Notes: generated by a model from the letters alone, not told the origin. A DNA stretch of 64,000 bases from Escherichia coli (GCF_013122565.1 NZ_CP053258.1), one strand, 5' to 3'. Counted from the first letter of the stretch, positions 32,553 to 45,642 are shown. A program made the numbers and translations.

Positions 32553-32578
32553 CCTTGAAACCCTGAAACTGATCCCCA
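32553..32578 (+). promoter_or_regulatory. Sigma-32 heat-shock promoter of grpE
   Basis: -35 cccttgaaa (CTTGAAA at 32553-32559) and -10 ccccataat (32573-32580) separated by 13 nt; fits the sigma-32 consensus CTTGAAA-N13-15-CCCCATNT. Confidence 0.7.
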
Positions 32579-32594
32579 TAATAAGCGAAGTTAG

Positions 32595-33221
<627 letters not shown>

Positions 33222-33243
33222 TTTCTGTTTTCGTAATAATTCA

Positions 33244-33277
33244 CGGCCCAGCATGCGAATGCCGGGCCGTTTTTTTA
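33244..33277. terminator. Bidirectional intrinsic terminator between convergent grpE and yfjD
   Basis: cggccc…gggccg stem followed by a T7 run on the + strand; lies exactly between the two stop codons. Confidence 0.6.
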
Positions 33278-34537
33278 CTCCGCCACACTCTCGCGCAGCG
33301 GTTTCACAGGAAAAACTTTTACCTGCTTAATCATATTGTCCTGTACGTCGAGAATATCGATATCGTACTCGCCAATACGCACGCGGGTGCCAGCGACAGG
33401 GATCTCTTCCAGAGCTTCAAGAATGACGCCATTAACCGTGCGGGCATCGTCTTCAGGTAGATGCCAGTTAAAGGCTTTGTTGATTTCCCGCACGTTGGCG
33501 GTGCCATCGATAATCACCGAACCGTCGTTTTGCGGCGTGACCTCTTCGGCAAGTGTTGGCGACATCGACGTAGTAAAATCGCCGACAATCTCTTCCAGAA
33601 TATCTTCAACCGTCACCAGCCCCTGAATGTCTCCATACTCGTTGACGACCAGACCGACTTTCTTTTTGTTGCGCTGAAACTTCACCAACTGCGTGCTGAG
33701 CGGCGTACCTTCGGGCACAAAATAGATCTCGTCCGCGGCGCGCAGCATGGTTTCTTTGGTGAACTCTTTTTTCTCCGACATCAACCGCCAGGCTTCACGT
33801 ACTCGCAGCATACTGATGGCGTCGTCCAGCGAATCACGGTAGAGCACGATGCGCCCGTGAGGTGAGTGGGAGAGTTGGCGCAGAATCGATTTCCAGTCAT
33901 CGTTGATATCAATACCGATAATTTCACTGCGCGGAACCATGATGTCATCAACGGTCATTTTTTCCAGATCGAGCACCGACAGCAGCATATCCTGATTGCG
34001 ACGGGAAATTTGTGAGCGCGATTCGTGCACGATAGTGCGCAACTCTTCTTTGCTCAAAGAGCCGCTAACCACGATATCGGTTTTGATACCCATCATGCGC
34101 ATCAGCATACGGGTGATAGCATTCAGCAACCAGACCAGCGGCATCATCAAAATTTGCAGCGGAGCCAGCAGAAAACTACTCGGATAAGCGACTTTTTCCG
34201 GGTACAGCGCGGCAATGGTTTTCGGCAATACCTCAGCAAAAACCAGTACGACAAAAGTCAGCACACCAGTCGCAATTGCCACGCCCGCATCGCCGTACAA
34301 ACGCATCCCAACAATAGTGCCGAGCGCGGAGGCAAGAATATTGACCAGGTTATTGCCGATTAACACCAGGCTTATCAGGCGGTCTGGCTTACGCAGCAAT
34401 TTTTCGACGCGTTTGGCCGAGCGATTACCCTGTTTCGCCATATGTCGCAGACGATAGCGGTTGAGGGTCATCATTCCGGTTTCGGACCCGGAAAAATAGG
34501 CTGAAATGACCACCATGATGATCAGAATAATGATCAA
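33275..34537 (-). CDS. yfjD: CNNM/CorC-family (DUF21-CBS-CorC) membrane protein YfjD
   Basis: 420-aa ORF with N-terminal TM segments and CBS-pair region; synteny between grpE and ypjD. Confidence 0.82.
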   Translation of the reverse strand: MIIILIIMVVISAYFSGSETGMMTLNRYRLRHMAKQGNRSAKRVEKLLRKPDRLISLVLIGNNLVNILASALGTIVGMRLYGDAGVAIATGVLTFVVLVFAEVLPKTIAALYPEKVAYPSSFLLAPLQILMMPLVWLLNAITRMLMRMMGIKTDIVVSGSLSKEELRTIVHESRSQISRRNQDMLLSVLDLEKMTVDDIMVPRSEIIGIDINDDWKSILRQLSHSPHGRIVLYRDSLDDAISMLRVREAWRLMSEKKEFTKETMLRAADEIYFVPEGTPLSTQLVKFQRNKKKVGLVVNEYGDIQGLVTVEDILEEIVGDFTTSMSPTLAEEVTPQNDGSVIIDGTANVREINKAFNWHLPEDDARTVNGVILEALEEIPVAGTRVRIGEYDIDILDVQDNMIKQVKVFPVKPLRESVAE

Positions 34538-34581
34538 CGTAGTAGTAGAAATGTGTTCCAGGGGAAACTCCTTTTCTGGGT

Positions 34582-35373
34582 TTAGCTGATTAACTGCTGG
34601 ACAATTCGGCTGCCGAAGTAGGCCAGTGTCAGAATTACCGCGCCCGCAACGTTAAACCAGACGACGCGGCGTCCACGCCATCCTTCATGGTAATGTCCCC
34701 ACAGCAGCACAATATAGACAAACCACGCCACGATAGAGAGCACAGCCTTGTCGATATTTTCCATGCTAAATAGGTTGTGCATGTAGAACAGGCCAGTGCA
34801 AAGCGTGAGCGTTAGCAGCACCACGCCAATCTGCGTGATGTGGAACATTTTACGCTCGATACTCATCAATGGCGGCATTTCCTGGTTAAATGCCAGCTTC
34901 TTGTTCTTCAGTTGGTAATCAATCCACGCCAGTTGCAGCGCGTACAGGGCGGCGATAATTAGCGTGGCATAGGAAAAGAGCGATAAGCCAATGTGCACCA
35001 GCATCCCAGGCGTTGCTTCCAGATGGGTGATGTATTCATTGGGCATGAAGGTCGCCAGCGCCAGGTTGATAAGCGCAAAGGCATAGACAATGGGTAGCAG
35101 CAACCAGCCACGATTGCGAGAAGCCACAATGGTCATTACCGTACAGATCATCAAACTGACCAATGAACCAACGTTCAGCAGGCTGAGGTTTTGTCCGCTA
35201 TCACCGTCGGGCAGGATGCGGGCTTCCAGAGCGATTGCGTGGCAGACCAGCGCAATGACCGCAGAAATAATAGCCATGCGTCGCCAGCCGCCGTTTTTTT
35301 GCAGCAGACCGGGAACAATCAGCGCAAGACTGACGGAGTAGGCGACAAGCGCGAGCAGAGCAAAAACGGGCAT
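34582..35373 (-). CDS. ypjD: Cytochrome c assembly (CcmC/CcsA-like) family inner-membrane protein YpjD
   Basis: Polytopic membrane ORF; start placed at internal Met (MPVFALLALVAYSV…) giving 263 aa; the track's 288-aa version may be over-extended. Confidence 0.78.
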   Translation of the reverse strand: MPVFALLALVAYSVSLALIVPGLLQKNGGWRRMAIISAVIALVCHAIALEARILPDGDSGQNLSLLNVGSLVSLMICTVMTIVASRNRGWLLLPIVYAFALINLALATFMPNEYITHLEATPGMLVHIGLSLFSYATLIIAALYALQLAWIDYQLKNKKLAFNQEMPPLMSIERKMFHITQIGVVLLTLTLCTGLFYMHNLFSMENIDKAVLSIVAWFVYIVLLWGHYHEGWRGRRVVWFNVAGAVILTLAYFGSRIVQQLIS

Positions 35374-35539
35374 AGTAATGTCGACAGTTTGAGCAATAAG
35401 AAAGAGAAGCAGTATAGCGTCAGGTGAACGCTGCTCCAACCGTTGCATAACAACAAAGACGCCTTCATGTTATACTGCGGCAAAATACTGATGATGTGTC
35501 GCGATTGCGGCCAACCGTTTCCACCCCAGGCGAGAGACA

Positions 35540-36901
35540 ATGTTTGATAATTTAACCGATCGTTTGTCGCGCACGCTGCGCAATATCAGTGGCCGTGGAC
35601 GCCTCACTGAAGACAACGTAAAAGATACGCTGCGCGAAGTGCGCATGGCGCTGCTGGAGGCGGACGTCGCTCTGCCGGTAGTGCGTGAGTTTATCAATCG
35701 CGTAAAAGAGAAAGCGGTTGGTCATGAAGTTAATAAGAGCCTGACGCCGGGGCAGGAGTTCGTCAAAATCGTCCGTAACGAACTGGTTGCGGCGATGGGC
35801 GAAGAGAACCAGACCCTGAACCTGGCGGCGCAACCGCCTGCGGTCGTGCTGATGGCGGGCCTGCAAGGTGCCGGTAAAACAACCAGCGTTGGTAAACTCG
35901 GTAAGTTCCTGCGCGAGAAGCACAAGAAGAAAGTGCTGGTGGTTTCTGCCGACGTTTATCGCCCGGCGGCAATCAAACAGCTTGAGACGCTGGCAGAGCA
36001 GGTGGGCGTTGATTTCTTCCCTTCTGATGTTGGTCAGAAGCCGGTAGATATCGTTAACGCGGCGCTGAAAGAAGCCAAACTGAAATTCTACGACGTGCTG
36101 CTGGTGGATACCGCCGGTCGTCTGCACGTTGACGAAGCGATGATGGACGAGATCAAACAAGTCCATGCGTCGATTAACCCGGTTGAAACCCTGTTTGTGG
36201 TTGACGCCATGACCGGTCAGGATGCGGCCAATACGGCAAAAGCATTCAATGAAGCGTTACCGCTTACCGGCGTAGTGTTGACCAAAGTGGACGGCGATGC
36301 CCGCGGCGGTGCGGCGCTCTCTATTCGTCACATCACTGGCAAACCGATCAAGTTCCTCGGTGTTGGCGAGAAAACTGAGGCGCTGGAGCCGTTCCATCCG
36401 GACCGCATCGCGTCGCGTATTCTCGGCATGGGCGACGTACTGTCGCTGATCGAAGATATCGAAAGCAAAGTTGACCGCGCGCAGGCAGAGAAATTAGCCA
36501 GCAAGCTGAAAAAAGGCGACGGCTTCGATCTCAACGATTTTCTTGAGCAACTGCGCCAGATGAAAAATATGGGCGGCATGGCTAGCCTGATGGGCAAGCT
36601 GCCGGGCATGGGGCAGATCCCGGATAACGTCAAGTCGCAGATGGACGATAAAGTGCTGGTGCGTATGGAGGCCATCATCAACTCGATGACGATGAAAGAG
36701 CGCGCTAAGCCAGAAATCATCAAAGGTTCGCGTAAGCGTCGTATCGCCGCTGGTTGCGGGATGCAGGTACAGGACGTTAACCGCCTTCTGAAGCAGTTCG
36801 ACGACATGCAGCGCATGATGAAGAAAATGAAGAAGGGCGGAATGGCGAAGATGATGAGAAGCATGAAAGGGATGATGCCGCCGGGATTTCCTGGTCGCTA
36901 A
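35540..36901 (+). CDS. ffh: Signal recognition particle protein Ffh
   Basis: 453-aa ORF; GTPase motifs (GLQGAGKTTS, DTAGR) and Met-rich C-terminal M domain. Confidence 0.96.
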   Translation: MFDNLTDRLSRTLRNISGRGRLTEDNVKDTLREVRMALLEADVALPVVREFINRVKEKAVGHEVNKSLTPGQEFVKIVRNELVAAMGEENQTLNLAAQPPAVVLMAGLQGAGKTTSVGKLGKFLREKHKKKVLVVSADVYRPAAIKQLETLAEQVGVDFFPSDVGQKPVDIVNAALKEAKLKFYDVLLVDTAGRLHVDEAMMDEIKQVHASINPVETLFVVDAMTGQDAANTAKAFNEALPLTGVVLTKVDGDARGGAALSIRHITGKPIKFLGVGEKTEALEPFHPDRIASRILGMGDVLSLIEDIESKVDRAQAEKLASKLKKGDGFDLNDFLEQLRQMKNMGGMASLMGKLPGMGQIPDNVKSQMDDKVLVRMEAIINSMTMKERAKPEIIKGSRKRRIAAGCGMQVQDVNRLLKQFDDMQRMMKKMKKGGMAKMMRSMKGMMPPGFPGR

Positions 36902-37071
36902 TCGGCCTGGCTTGTTTGCCATTTTGGCACCGGGGTGTGCTCGTCATCCTCACGTACTGCGTGTACGCTCCGGTGACTGCGCGCACTCCGGCACCAAACT
37001 GGCTGCACCGCCGACGGCCTTTTACAGCAGAGTTAGCAACTGTTGATTGCAATTTCCGCAAAAATGAGTAA

Positions 37072-37398
<327 letters not shown>

Positions 37399-37416
37399 TC
37401 TGTCACGGTGGTCATG

Positions 37417-37965
37417 ATGAGCAAACAACTCACCGCGCAAGCACCTGTTGATCCCATCGTTTTGGGAAAAATGGGTTCGTCTTACGGTATTCGTGGGTGG
37501 CTCAGAGTGTTTTCTTCCACCGAAGACGCCGAAAGCATTTTTGACTATCAGCCCTGGTTTATCCAGAAGGCGGGTCAGTGGCAGCAAGTCCAGCTGGAAA
37601 GCTGGAAGCACCACAATCAGGACATGATCATCAAGCTGAAAGGCATTGACGATCGTGATGCGGCGAACCTGCTGACGAATTGTGAAATTGTCGTGGATTC
37701 ATCGCAGCTGCCTCAGCTTGAAGAGGGGGACTACTACTGGAAAGACCTGATGGGCTGCCAGGTAGTAACCACTGAAGGCTACGATCTCGGTAAAGTCGTC
37801 GATATGATGGAAACCGGATCCAATGACGTTCTCGTCATTAAGGCAAACCTGAAAGATGCGTTTGGTATCAAGGAACGTCTCGTACCGTTCCTCGATGGGC
37901 AGGTTATCAAGAAAGTCGATCTCACTACTCGTTCAATCGAAGTAGATTGGGATCCTGGTTTTTAA
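37417..37965 (+). CDS. rimM: 16S rRNA processing protein RimM
   Basis: Start taken at [28 protein letters not shown] (182 aa); operon rpsP-rimM-trmD-rplS. Confidence 0.92.
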   Translation: MSKQLTAQAPVDPIVLGKMGSSYGIRGWLRVFSSTEDAESIFDYQPWFIQKAGQWQQVQLESWKHHNQDMIIKLKGIDDRDAANLLTNCEIVVDSSQLPQLEEGDYYWKDLMGCQVVTTEGYDLGKVVDMMETGSNDVLVIKANLKDAFGIKERLVPFLDGQVIKKVDLTTRSIEVDWDPGF

Positions 37966-37995
37966 ACCACCGGATAAACGGTAAAAGACGGCGCT

Positions 37996-38763
37996 ATGTG
38001 GATTGGCATAATTAGCCTGTTTCCTGAAATGTTCCGCGCAATTACCGATTACGGGGTAACTGGCCGGGCAGTTAAAAATGGCCTGCTGAGCATCCAGAGC
38101 TGGAGTCCTCGCGACTTCACGCATGACCGGCACCGTACCGTGGACGATCGTCCTTACGGCGGCGGACCGGGGATGTTAATGATGGTGCAACCCTTGCGGG
38201 ACGCCATTCATGCAGCAAAAGCCGCGGCGGGTGAAGGCGCAAAGGTGATTTATCTGTCACCACAGGGACGCAAGCTTGATCAAGCGGGCGTCAGCGAACT
38301 GGCAACGAATCAAAAATTGATTCTGGTGTGCGGTCGCTACGAAGGTATAGATGAGCGCGTGATCCAAACCGAAATTGACGAAGAATGGTCAATCGGCGAT
38401 TACGTTCTCAGTGGTGGTGAGTTACCAGCAATGACGCTGATTGACTCCGTTTCCCGGTTTATTCCGGGAGTACTGGGACATGAAGCCTCAGCAACAGAAG
38501 ATTCCTTTGCTGAAGGATTGCTGGATTGCCCGCACTATACGCGGCCTGAGGTGTTAGAAGGGATGGAAGTTCCGCCAGTGTTACTGTCGGGCAACCATGC
38601 CGAGATACGTCGCTGGCGTTTGAAACAGTCGCTGGGCCGTACCTGGCTTAGAAGACCTGAACTTCTGGAAAACCTGGCTCTGACTGAAGAGCAAGCAAGG
38701 TTGCTGGCGGAGTTCAAAACGGAACACGCACAACAGCAACATAAACATGATGGGATGGCGTAA
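37996..38763 (+). CDS. trmD: tRNA (guanine37-N1)-methyltransferase TrmD
   Basis: 255-aa [34 protein letters not shown]… (SPOUT fold). Confidence 0.95.
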
Positions 38764-38801
38764 GCCCCCGAGATATCAGTTTACCCAGGATAAGAGATTA
38801 A

Positions 38802-39152
<351 letters not shown>

Positions 39153-39182
39153 GATTTCGCTTAAGCGACATCCTGTTAAGAA

Positions 39183-39211
39183 GGGCTGGCCAATTGGCTG
39201 GCCCTTTTTTT
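39183..39211. terminator. Intrinsic terminator after rplS (possibly bidirectional with yfiB)
   Basis: gggctggcc-aatt-ggctggccc hairpin followed by T7 run; 30 nt after the rplS stop and 18 nt before the yfiB stop. Confidence 0.65.
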
Positions 39212-39228
39212 ATCTGTTTGCTCGTGTT

Positions 39229-39711
39229 TTAAGGGGTAGTAATCACCACTGCGACGCGGCGGTTCTCGGCGCGGCCCTGGGCGGTCTTGTTACTGGCTAT
39301 GGGATATTTTTTTCCTAAACCCTGTGTGGTGAGATTGCTGCGCGGAATTTGTCCACCCTTAGCCCATGCATCGGCCACGACATTCGCCCGTTTCAATGAT
39401 AAGCCTTCGTTGTAACTGTCTTCACCATAGTTATCGGTGTGTCCATCCATACGGGCATGTGTTAGCCCTGTCGAGGCCAATTTGGCTGCCATGGTTTGGA
39501 TCTGTTGCTGGCTTTCCGGGAGCAATTTGTAGTCATTTTTGGCGAACAGAATGGCATCTGATAAGCCCAGCGACCAGTCGCCGGCGGATTCAGTAAATCC
39601 ATAAGATTGCATAGCGGCGACTTGCTCAGGAGTAAACTTTCCCTGAGGGGACTGGCAGCCAGTCAGTATTAGTGAGGTGAAAATCAGGGGTGCTACCAGG
39701 TGCTTTATCAT
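39229..39711 (-). CDS. yfiB: OmpA-family outer-membrane lipoprotein YfiB
   Basis: 160-aa ORF with lipobox LTGC and OmpA-like peptidoglycan-binding C-terminus (…NRRVAVVITTP). Confidence 0.85.
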   Translation of the reverse strand: MIKHLVAPLIFTSLILTGCQSPQGKFTPEQVAAMQSYGFTESAGDWSLGLSDAILFAKNDYKLLPESQQQIQTMAAKLASTGLTHARMDGHTDNYGEDSYNEGLSLKRANVVADAWAKGGQIPRSNLTTQGLGKKYPIASNKTAQGRAENRRVAVVITTP

Positions 39712-39726
39712 ATCGATATATCCTTG

Positions 39727-40953
39727 TTATCTCACCAGCTTTTCGGCACGCTGGTGTTTGGCCTGATACATATTGTGATCGGCAAGCTCTTGTAATTTTT
39801 CCGCAGAGGCGTGCTCAATGGTCATCGCGTAACCAATGCTTAATGTCATGGTGGTCTGATAGCCATTATGAAGATCAAACGGGAGATTAAAGATTTGTGT
39901 CAGTGCTGAACATATCTGCTGCACTTCAGATTCCGACTGTACATCATAGAGCACCATAGCGAATTCATCGCCGCCTATGCGGTATGCTTTATGTCGCAGC
40001 CCGCCAAATTCAGCTAACCGTTTTGCGATTTCAATCAAGACTCGATCGCCCGTCGCATGACCCCAGGTATCATTGATATATTTGAAATTATCGCCATCAA
40101 GAAATAGTAACGCCGACGTTTTTCGGGCATCGGAACTGTTCATCAACGTGTTGATACCGCTACGAAACGCTGCGCGGTTAGCCAGCCCGGTTAATGGGTC
40201 ATGTAGTGCGGTACGTAGAAGCTGCGCATTTTTGGCCTGTAAACGAAGCTGCCACTCTTCCATTTCATCCAGCAGACTGTTGAAGTCGAGAGCGAATCGG
40301 TGAAACTCAGCGATACGTTCTTCCGAAACTCGTCGGGAAAAATTGCGGTTGGAACGCACATCATGTACGACATCGGTGATATTTTTCAGCGCTTCCACCA
40401 GGCCATTGTGCAAATGGCGGGTGAGGGTAATTGCGATGCCTGATGCCAGCAGAATACAACCGGTCAGTACGGCGAGCGAAAACCAGATAAAATGGCTGAT
40501 TGAACTGTCGCGAGCGGTTAAGCGTACTTCGCCAATGGTTTCACCATTGTGACGAATCGGCTGAATAATGGGGGCAGGGAAGAGCCAGTGGCTTATGAAA
40601 TTGCTGAAAGTATCGCCTGGATCCTTACGGGTGTAATGCCAGGATGCCAGAATATTTTGCTGCTTATCACGTACTTCTGCAGTTGAAAATTGCCCTTGCT
40701 GGCCCAGCGCTGCCAGTGTTTCAGTTGCTGCAGGGCCATCGGCAAAAACGACAGCTGCTTCCAGACTGTAAGTCATTGTTGCTGCTGTCAGTGCCAGGTT
40801 TTTTTGCGCGTACTGTTTCAGGGTCAGCACCGAGGTCACGGAAAGCAGCAACCAGATCAGCATCATAGTGATAAATATGCTGGTCATACTGATGTTGCGT
40901 AATGCTCTTTTAAACGTGGGGCGCTTATTAAGAGAATTATCGTTATCCATCAT
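39727..40953 (-). CDS. dgcN: Membrane diguanylate cyclase DgcN (YfiN), GGDEF domain
   Basis: 408-aa ORF with TM/HAMP region and GGDEF motif (…[11 protein letters not shown]…). Confidence 0.88.
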
Positions 40954-41461
40954 TTTTCTTCCGTGCGAGCATTAAGACATCCGGGTTGACCTTTACACCG
41001 CTACGCGATAAGGCATCCAGGTTTACGGCAAATCTGACGTCATTATTGTGGATGATCAGACAAAAGGCGCTACCAATAATGCACTCGGTATTTTGTTCGG
41101 CAATTAATAATAACGCCTTTGACGGATATTGTTCGGTTAATTCCATCTGGAATGTCGGTGACTCGTTGCCAAAATAAAAACCATTGCAGCCTGAAATCAT
41201 CGCCTCTTGTTGAGTGTGAATGATGACAGGCAGATAAGGCAAAGATGTCGCGGCATTCTCTTGTAGGGCGGTACTAAAACGTGAAGATGAAAAGATACAT
41301 AACTTTGGTGGCCCTGATAGCGCAGGCCAGCGGGTGTAACTGACAATACCGGAAACCATCATACGCACGTTTTTCGCAACGTCAGAAGGCTCCTGAGCGA
41401 GTATTGGTGCTCCCGTCAGCAGGAGAATCAGAAGTAAGAACAGTCGGTGAGAAAAACGCAT
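40943..41461 (-). CDS. yfiR: Periplasmic DgcN inhibitor YfiR
   Basis: 172-aa ORF with signal peptide; overlaps dgcN start by 11 nt (operon yfiRNB). Confidence 0.85.
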
Positions 41462-41610
41462 TCAGGGATCCCCACCATCTTCGCTCGAAATGCATCGATA
41501 TTTTTTCAGAATGCTCATTAAAATATCATTTTTTCATGCGATCGTCATCAATGTGAGAAATAAAACACAATGAGTAAAATCTTATGTTTAATTTATTTGT
41601 GGGGTTTTAA

Positions 41611-41976
41611 TTAATTTAATCGTATTGTGCTGGCATTTTCATCAGTCCCTTTTTGCCAAACTTCATGCAGTTGGCTGGCATTTTCAACATTGTTACAGCT
41701 GGCAGGAAAGCTTTTACCGGAAAGTCCCCGGGCATAAGTAAAATCGGTCTGGCAAGTTTTCTTTTGTCCTTCGGCATATCCTTTAAGGTATAGACCGCGA
41801 TCCGCCTGTGAATCGCTAAATGCATCGTCATCTTTTATGGCGCTGCCCGATATCGCATCTTCCATACCGACATCATACCAGTCGGTGCTGGTCAAGGTTG
41901 GCGCGTGAGTATAAGGATCAATCTGACATCCGCTAACCAGTAAAGCCAACAAGGGGGCGATAAACTTTTTCATCAT
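41611..41976 (-). CDS. yfiL: Lipoprotein YfiL (DUF2799)
   Basis: Start chosen at MKKFIAPLLALLVSGC (lipobox), 121 aa; the track ORF is 13 codons longer. Confidence 0.75.
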   Translation of the reverse strand: MMKKFIAPLLALLVSGCQIDPYTHAPTLTSTDWYDVGMEDAISGSAIKDDDAFSDSQADRGLYLKGYAEGQKKTCQTDFTYARGLSGKSFPASCNNVENASQLHEVWQKGTDENASTIRLN

Positions 41977-42021
41977 TTCTTTCTCCTTTTTCAAAGCATA
42001 GCGGATTGTTTTCAAAGGGAG

Positions 42022-42091
42022 TGTAAATTTATCTATACAGAGGTAAGGGTTGAAAGCGCGACTAAATTGCCTGTGTAAATAAAAATGTACG
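42022..42091. promoter_or_regulatory. TyrR boxes of the aroF-tyrA promoter
   Basis: tgtaaatttatctataca (42022-42039) and tgtaaataaaaatgtacg (42074-42091) resemble TGTAAA-N6-TTTACA; located 95-165 bp upstream of the aroF start. Confidence 0.6.
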
Positions 42092-42185
42092 AAATATGGA
42101 TTGAAAACTTTACTTTATGTGTTATCGTTACGTCATCCTCGCTGAGGATCAACTATCGCAAACGAGCATAAACAGGATCGCCATC

Positions 42186-43256
42186 ATGCAAAAAGACGCG
42201 CTGAATAACGTACATATTACCGACGAACAGGTTTTAATGACTCCGGAACAACTGAAGGCCGCTTTTCCATTGAGCCTGCAACAAGAAGCCCAGATTGCTG
42301 ACTCGCGTAAAAGCATTTCAGATATTATCGCCGGGCGCGATCCTCGTCTGCTGGTAGTATGTGGTCCTTGTTCCATTCATGATCCTGAAACTGCTCTGGA
42401 ATATGCTCGTCGATTTAAAGCCCTTGCCGCAGAGGTCAGCGATAGCCTCTATCTGGTAATGCGCGTCTATTTTGAAAAACCCCGTACCACTGTCGGCTGG
42501 AAAGGGTTAATTAACGATCCCCATATGGATGGCTCTTTTGATGTAGAAGCCGGGCTGCAGATCGCGCGTAAATTGCTGCTTGAGCTGGTGAATATGGGAC
42601 TGCCACTGGCGACGGAAGCGTTAGATCCGAATAGCCCGCAATACCTGGGCGATCTGTTTAGCTGGTCAGCAATTGGTGCTCGTACAACGGAATCGCAAAC
42701 TCACCGTGAAATGGCCTCCGGGCTTTCCATGCCGGTTGGTTTTAAAAACGGCACCGATGGCAGTCTGGCAACGGCAATTAACGCTATGCGCGCCGCCGCC
42801 CAGCCGCACCGTTTTGTTGGCATTAACCAGGCAGGGCAGGTTGCGTTGCTACAAACTCAGGGAAATCCGGACGGGCATGTGATCCTGCGTGGTGGTAAAG
42901 CGCCGAACTATAGCCCTGCGGATGTTGCGCAATGTGAAAAAGAGATGGAACAGGCGGGACTGCGCCCGTCTCTGATGGTAGATTGCAGCCACGGTAATTC
43001 CAATAAAGATTATCGCCGTCAGCCTGCGGTGGCAGAATCCGTGGTTGCTCAAATCAAAGATGGCAATCGCTCAATTATTGGTCTGATGATCGAAAGTAAT
43101 ATCCACGAGGGCAATCAGTCTTCCGAGCAACCGCGCAGTGAAATGAAATACGGTGTATCCGTAACCGATGCCTGCATTAGCTGGGAAATGACCGATGCCT
43201 TGCTGCGTGAAATTCACCAGGATCTGAACGGGCAGCTGACGGCTCGCGTGGCTTAA
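42186..43256 (+). CDS. aroF: Tyr-sensitive DAHP synthase
   Basis: Start at [27 protein letters not shown]… (356 aa); the track ORF is N-terminally over-extended. Confidence 0.95.
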   Translation: MQKDALNNVHITDEQVLMTPEQLKAAFPLSLQQEAQIADSRKSISDIIAGRDPRLLVVCGPCSIHDPETALEYARRFKALAAEVSDSLYLVMRVYFEKPRTTVGWKGLINDPHMDGSFDVEAGLQIARKLLLELVNMGLPLATEALDPNSPQYLGDLFSWSAIGARTTESQTHREMASGLSMPVGFKNGTDGSLATAINAMRAAAQPHRFVGINQAGQVALLQTQGNPDGHVILRGGKAPNYSPADVAQCEKEMEQAGLRPSLMVDCSHGNSNKDYRRQPAVAESVVAQIKDGNRSIIGLMIESNIHEGNQSSEQPRSEMKYGVSVTDACISWEMTDALLREIHQDLNGQLTARVA

Positions 43257-43266
43257 GAGGTTTATT

Positions 43267-44388
43267 ATGGTTGCTGAATTGACCGCATTACGCGATCAAA
43301 TTGATGAAGTCGATAAAGCGCTGCTGAATTTATTAGCGAAGCGTCTGGAACTGGTTGCTGAAGTGGGCGAGGTGAAAAGCCGCTTTGGACTGCCTATTTA
43401 TGTTCCGGAGCGCGAGGCATCTATGCTGGCCTCACGTCGTGCAGAGGCGGAAGCTCTGGGTGTACCGCCAGATCTGATTGAGGATGTTTTGCGTCGGGTG
43501 ATGCGTGAATCTTACTCCAGTGAAAACGACAAAGGATTTAAAACACTTTGTCCGTCACTGCGTCCGGTGGTTATCGTCGGTGGTGGCGGTCAGATGGGAC
43601 GTCTGTTCGAGAAGATGCTGATACTCTCGGGTTATCAGGTGCGGATTCTGGAGCAACATGACTGGGATCGAGCGGCTGATATTGTTGCCGATGCTGGAAT
43701 GGTGATTGTTAGTGTGCCCATTCATGTTACTGAGCAAGTTATCGGCAAATTACCGCCTTTACCGAAAGATTGTATTCTGGTTGATCTGGCATCAGTGAAA
43801 AATGGACCGTTACAGGCCATGCTGGCGGCGCACGATGGCCCGGTACTGGGGTTACACCCAATGTTCGGTCCGGACAGCGGTAGCCTGGCAAAGCAAGTTG
43901 TGGTCTGGTGTGATGGACGTAAGCCGGAAGCATACCAATGGTTTCTGGAGCAAATTCAGGTCTGGGGCGCTCGGCTGCATCGTATTAGCGCTGTCGAGCA
44001 CGATCAGAATATGGCGTTTATTCAGGCTCTGCGCCACTTTGCTACTTTTGCTTATGGGCTGCACCTGGCAGAAGAAAATGTTCAGCTTGAGCAACTTCTG
44101 GCGCTCTCTTCGCCGATTTACCGCCTTGAACTGGCGATGGTTGGGCGACTGTTTGCTCAGGATCCGCAGCTTTATGCCGACATTATTATGTCGTCAGAGC
44201 GTAATCTGGCGTTAATCAAACGTTACTATAAGCGTTTCGGCGAGGCGATTGAGTTGCTGGAGCAGGGCGATAAGCAGGCGTTTATTGACAGTTTCCGCAA
44301 GGTGGAGCACTGGTTCGGCGATTACGCACAGCGTTTTCAGAGTGAAAGCCGCGTGTTATTGCGTCAGGCGAATGACAACCGCCAGTAA
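43267..44388 (+). CDS. tyrA: Bifunctional chorismate mutase / prephenate dehydrogenase (T-protein)
   Basis: 373-aa [36 protein letters not shown]…. Confidence 0.95.
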   Translation: MVAELTALRDQIDEVDKALLNLLAKRLELVAEVGEVKSRFGLPIYVPEREASMLASRRAEAEALGVPPDLIEDVLRRVMRESYSSENDKGFKTLCPSLRPVVIVGGGGQMGRLFEKMLILSGYQVRILEQHDWDRAADIVADAGMVIVSVPIHVTEQVIGKLPPLPKDCILVDLASVKNGPLQAMLAAHDGPVLGLHPMFGPDSGSLAKQVVVWCDGRKPEAYQWFLEQIQVWGARLHRISAVEHDQNMAFIQALRHFATFAYGLHLAEENVQLEQLLALSSPIYRLELAMVGRLFAQDPQLYADIIMSSERNLALIKRYYKRFGEAIELLEQGDKQAFIDSFRKVEHWFGDYAQRFQSESRVLLRQANDNRQ

Positions 44389-44397
44389 TAATCCAGT

Positions 44398-44430
44398 GCC
44401 GGGTGATTCACATCATCCGGCACCTTTTCA
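44398..44430. terminator. Bidirectional terminator between convergent tyrA and pheA
   Basis: gtgccgg…ccggcac stem followed by ctttt; sits in the 42-bp gap between the two stop codons. Confidence 0.6.
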
Positions 44431-45591
44431 TCAGGTTGGATCAACAGGCACTACGTTCTCACTTGGGTAACAGCCCAATACCTTCATCGAACGGGTGATG
44501 TCCCCTAACTCTTTCAATGCTTTTTGCATTTCCGCTGATTCAAGATTGGCCTGAATATCCAGATAAAACATCTCTTCCCATGGATTACCGTGAATCGGGC
44601 GTGACTCCAGACGGGTCATAATCAGATTGTGGTTGCGCAATACCAGCAATGCTTCAACCAGCGCACCAGCTTGTTGTCCGGTCGCCATTAACAACGTCGT
44701 TTTCGCCGGAACCTGGTCAGACACATTAATGGCTTTACGTGCCAACACCACAAATCGGGTGAAGTTTTGTCGCTGATTCGCTTCAATACGCTCCAGTACC
44801 TGCAAACCGTACAAAGTGCCGCCAGCTTCGCTTCCCAACGCAGCAACATGCGGTGATTTTGCCTGTGCAACCTTTTCCATTGCCGCAGACGTACTTTCGG
44901 TATATTCAATCTTCCAGTGCGGATAACGATTAAGGAATTTGCTGCATTGCTGGAATGGCTGCGGATGGCTGTAGACCGTATTAATGGTGGATAAATCAGT
45001 CGTGCCGGAGACCAACAAACAATGGTCGATAGTTAACGTCATCTCGCCAATAATCGACAAGCTGGTATGTTGCAGCAGATCGTAAACGTCGTTTATGGCA
45101 CCGGAGCTGGTATTTTCAATCGGTACGACGGCATAGTCGGCCTGGCCGGTTTCCACCTGATTAAAAATATCGGCAAATTTGGCGCAGCCACTTTCAATGA
45201 ATTGCTCAAAGTGACGGGCAGCATACTGGCGCGCCGCAAGATGGGAATAAGAACCTTTGGGGCCGAGAAAAGCGATGCGTGCTGAGTGCGGATTAATTTT
45301 ATTGAGATGTTGCTGGAGCAAAGCCTGCTGAGTTAATACGGAATCTTCAATGATGAGCTGGAACAGGCGAGTAATGTAATGGGCGTCCAGATGGTGCGCT
45401 TTACCGAGCGTAATTAATCTTTCCAGTAAATCGCGTTCACGATCAATATCACGTACCGGGCGATGCGAGAGCAGTTTGGCTTTTCCCACCTCGACGGCCA
45501 GTTCGCGCCGCTCTGCGAGTAATGCTAATAATTTTTCATCCAGCGCGCTGATTTTCTCTCGCAGCGCCAGTAACGGGTTTTCCGATGTCAT
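44431..45591 (-). CDS. pheA: Bifunctional chorismate mutase / prephenate dehydratase (P-protein)
   Basis: 386-aa [38 protein letters not shown]…. Confidence 0.95.
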   Translation of the reverse strand: MTSENPLLALREKISALDEKLLALLAERRELAVEVGKAKLLSHRPVRDIDRERDLLERLITLGKAHHLDAHYITRLFQLIIEDSVLTQQALLQQHLNKINPHSARIAFLGPKGSYSHLAARQYAARHFEQFIESGCAKFADIFNQVETGQADYAVVPIENTSSGAINDVYDLLQHTSLSIIGEMTLTIDHCLLVSGTTDLSTINTVYSHPQPFQQCSKFLNRYPHWKIEYTESTSAAMEKVAQAKSPHVAALGSEAGGTLYGLQVLERIEANQRQNFTRFVVLARKAINVSDQVPAKTTLLMATGQQAGALVEALLVLRNHNLIMTRLESRPIHGNPWEEMFYLDIQANLESAEMQKALKELGDITRSMKVLGCYPSENVVPVDPT

Positions 45592-45612
45592 AGTGTTGCC
45601 TTTTTGTTATCA

Positions 45613-45642
45613 ATAAAAAAGGCCCCCCGATTTGGGAGGCCT
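45613..45642 (-). terminator. pheA attenuator terminator
   Basis: Minus strand reads ggcctcccaaatcggggggccttttttatt: GC-rich hairpin plus U-run between pheL and pheA. Confidence 0.8.

Noticed and set aside
35552-36166. 204-aa minus-strand ORF and others antisense to ffh
   Set aside because: Shadow ORFs inside the highly conserved ffh gene.
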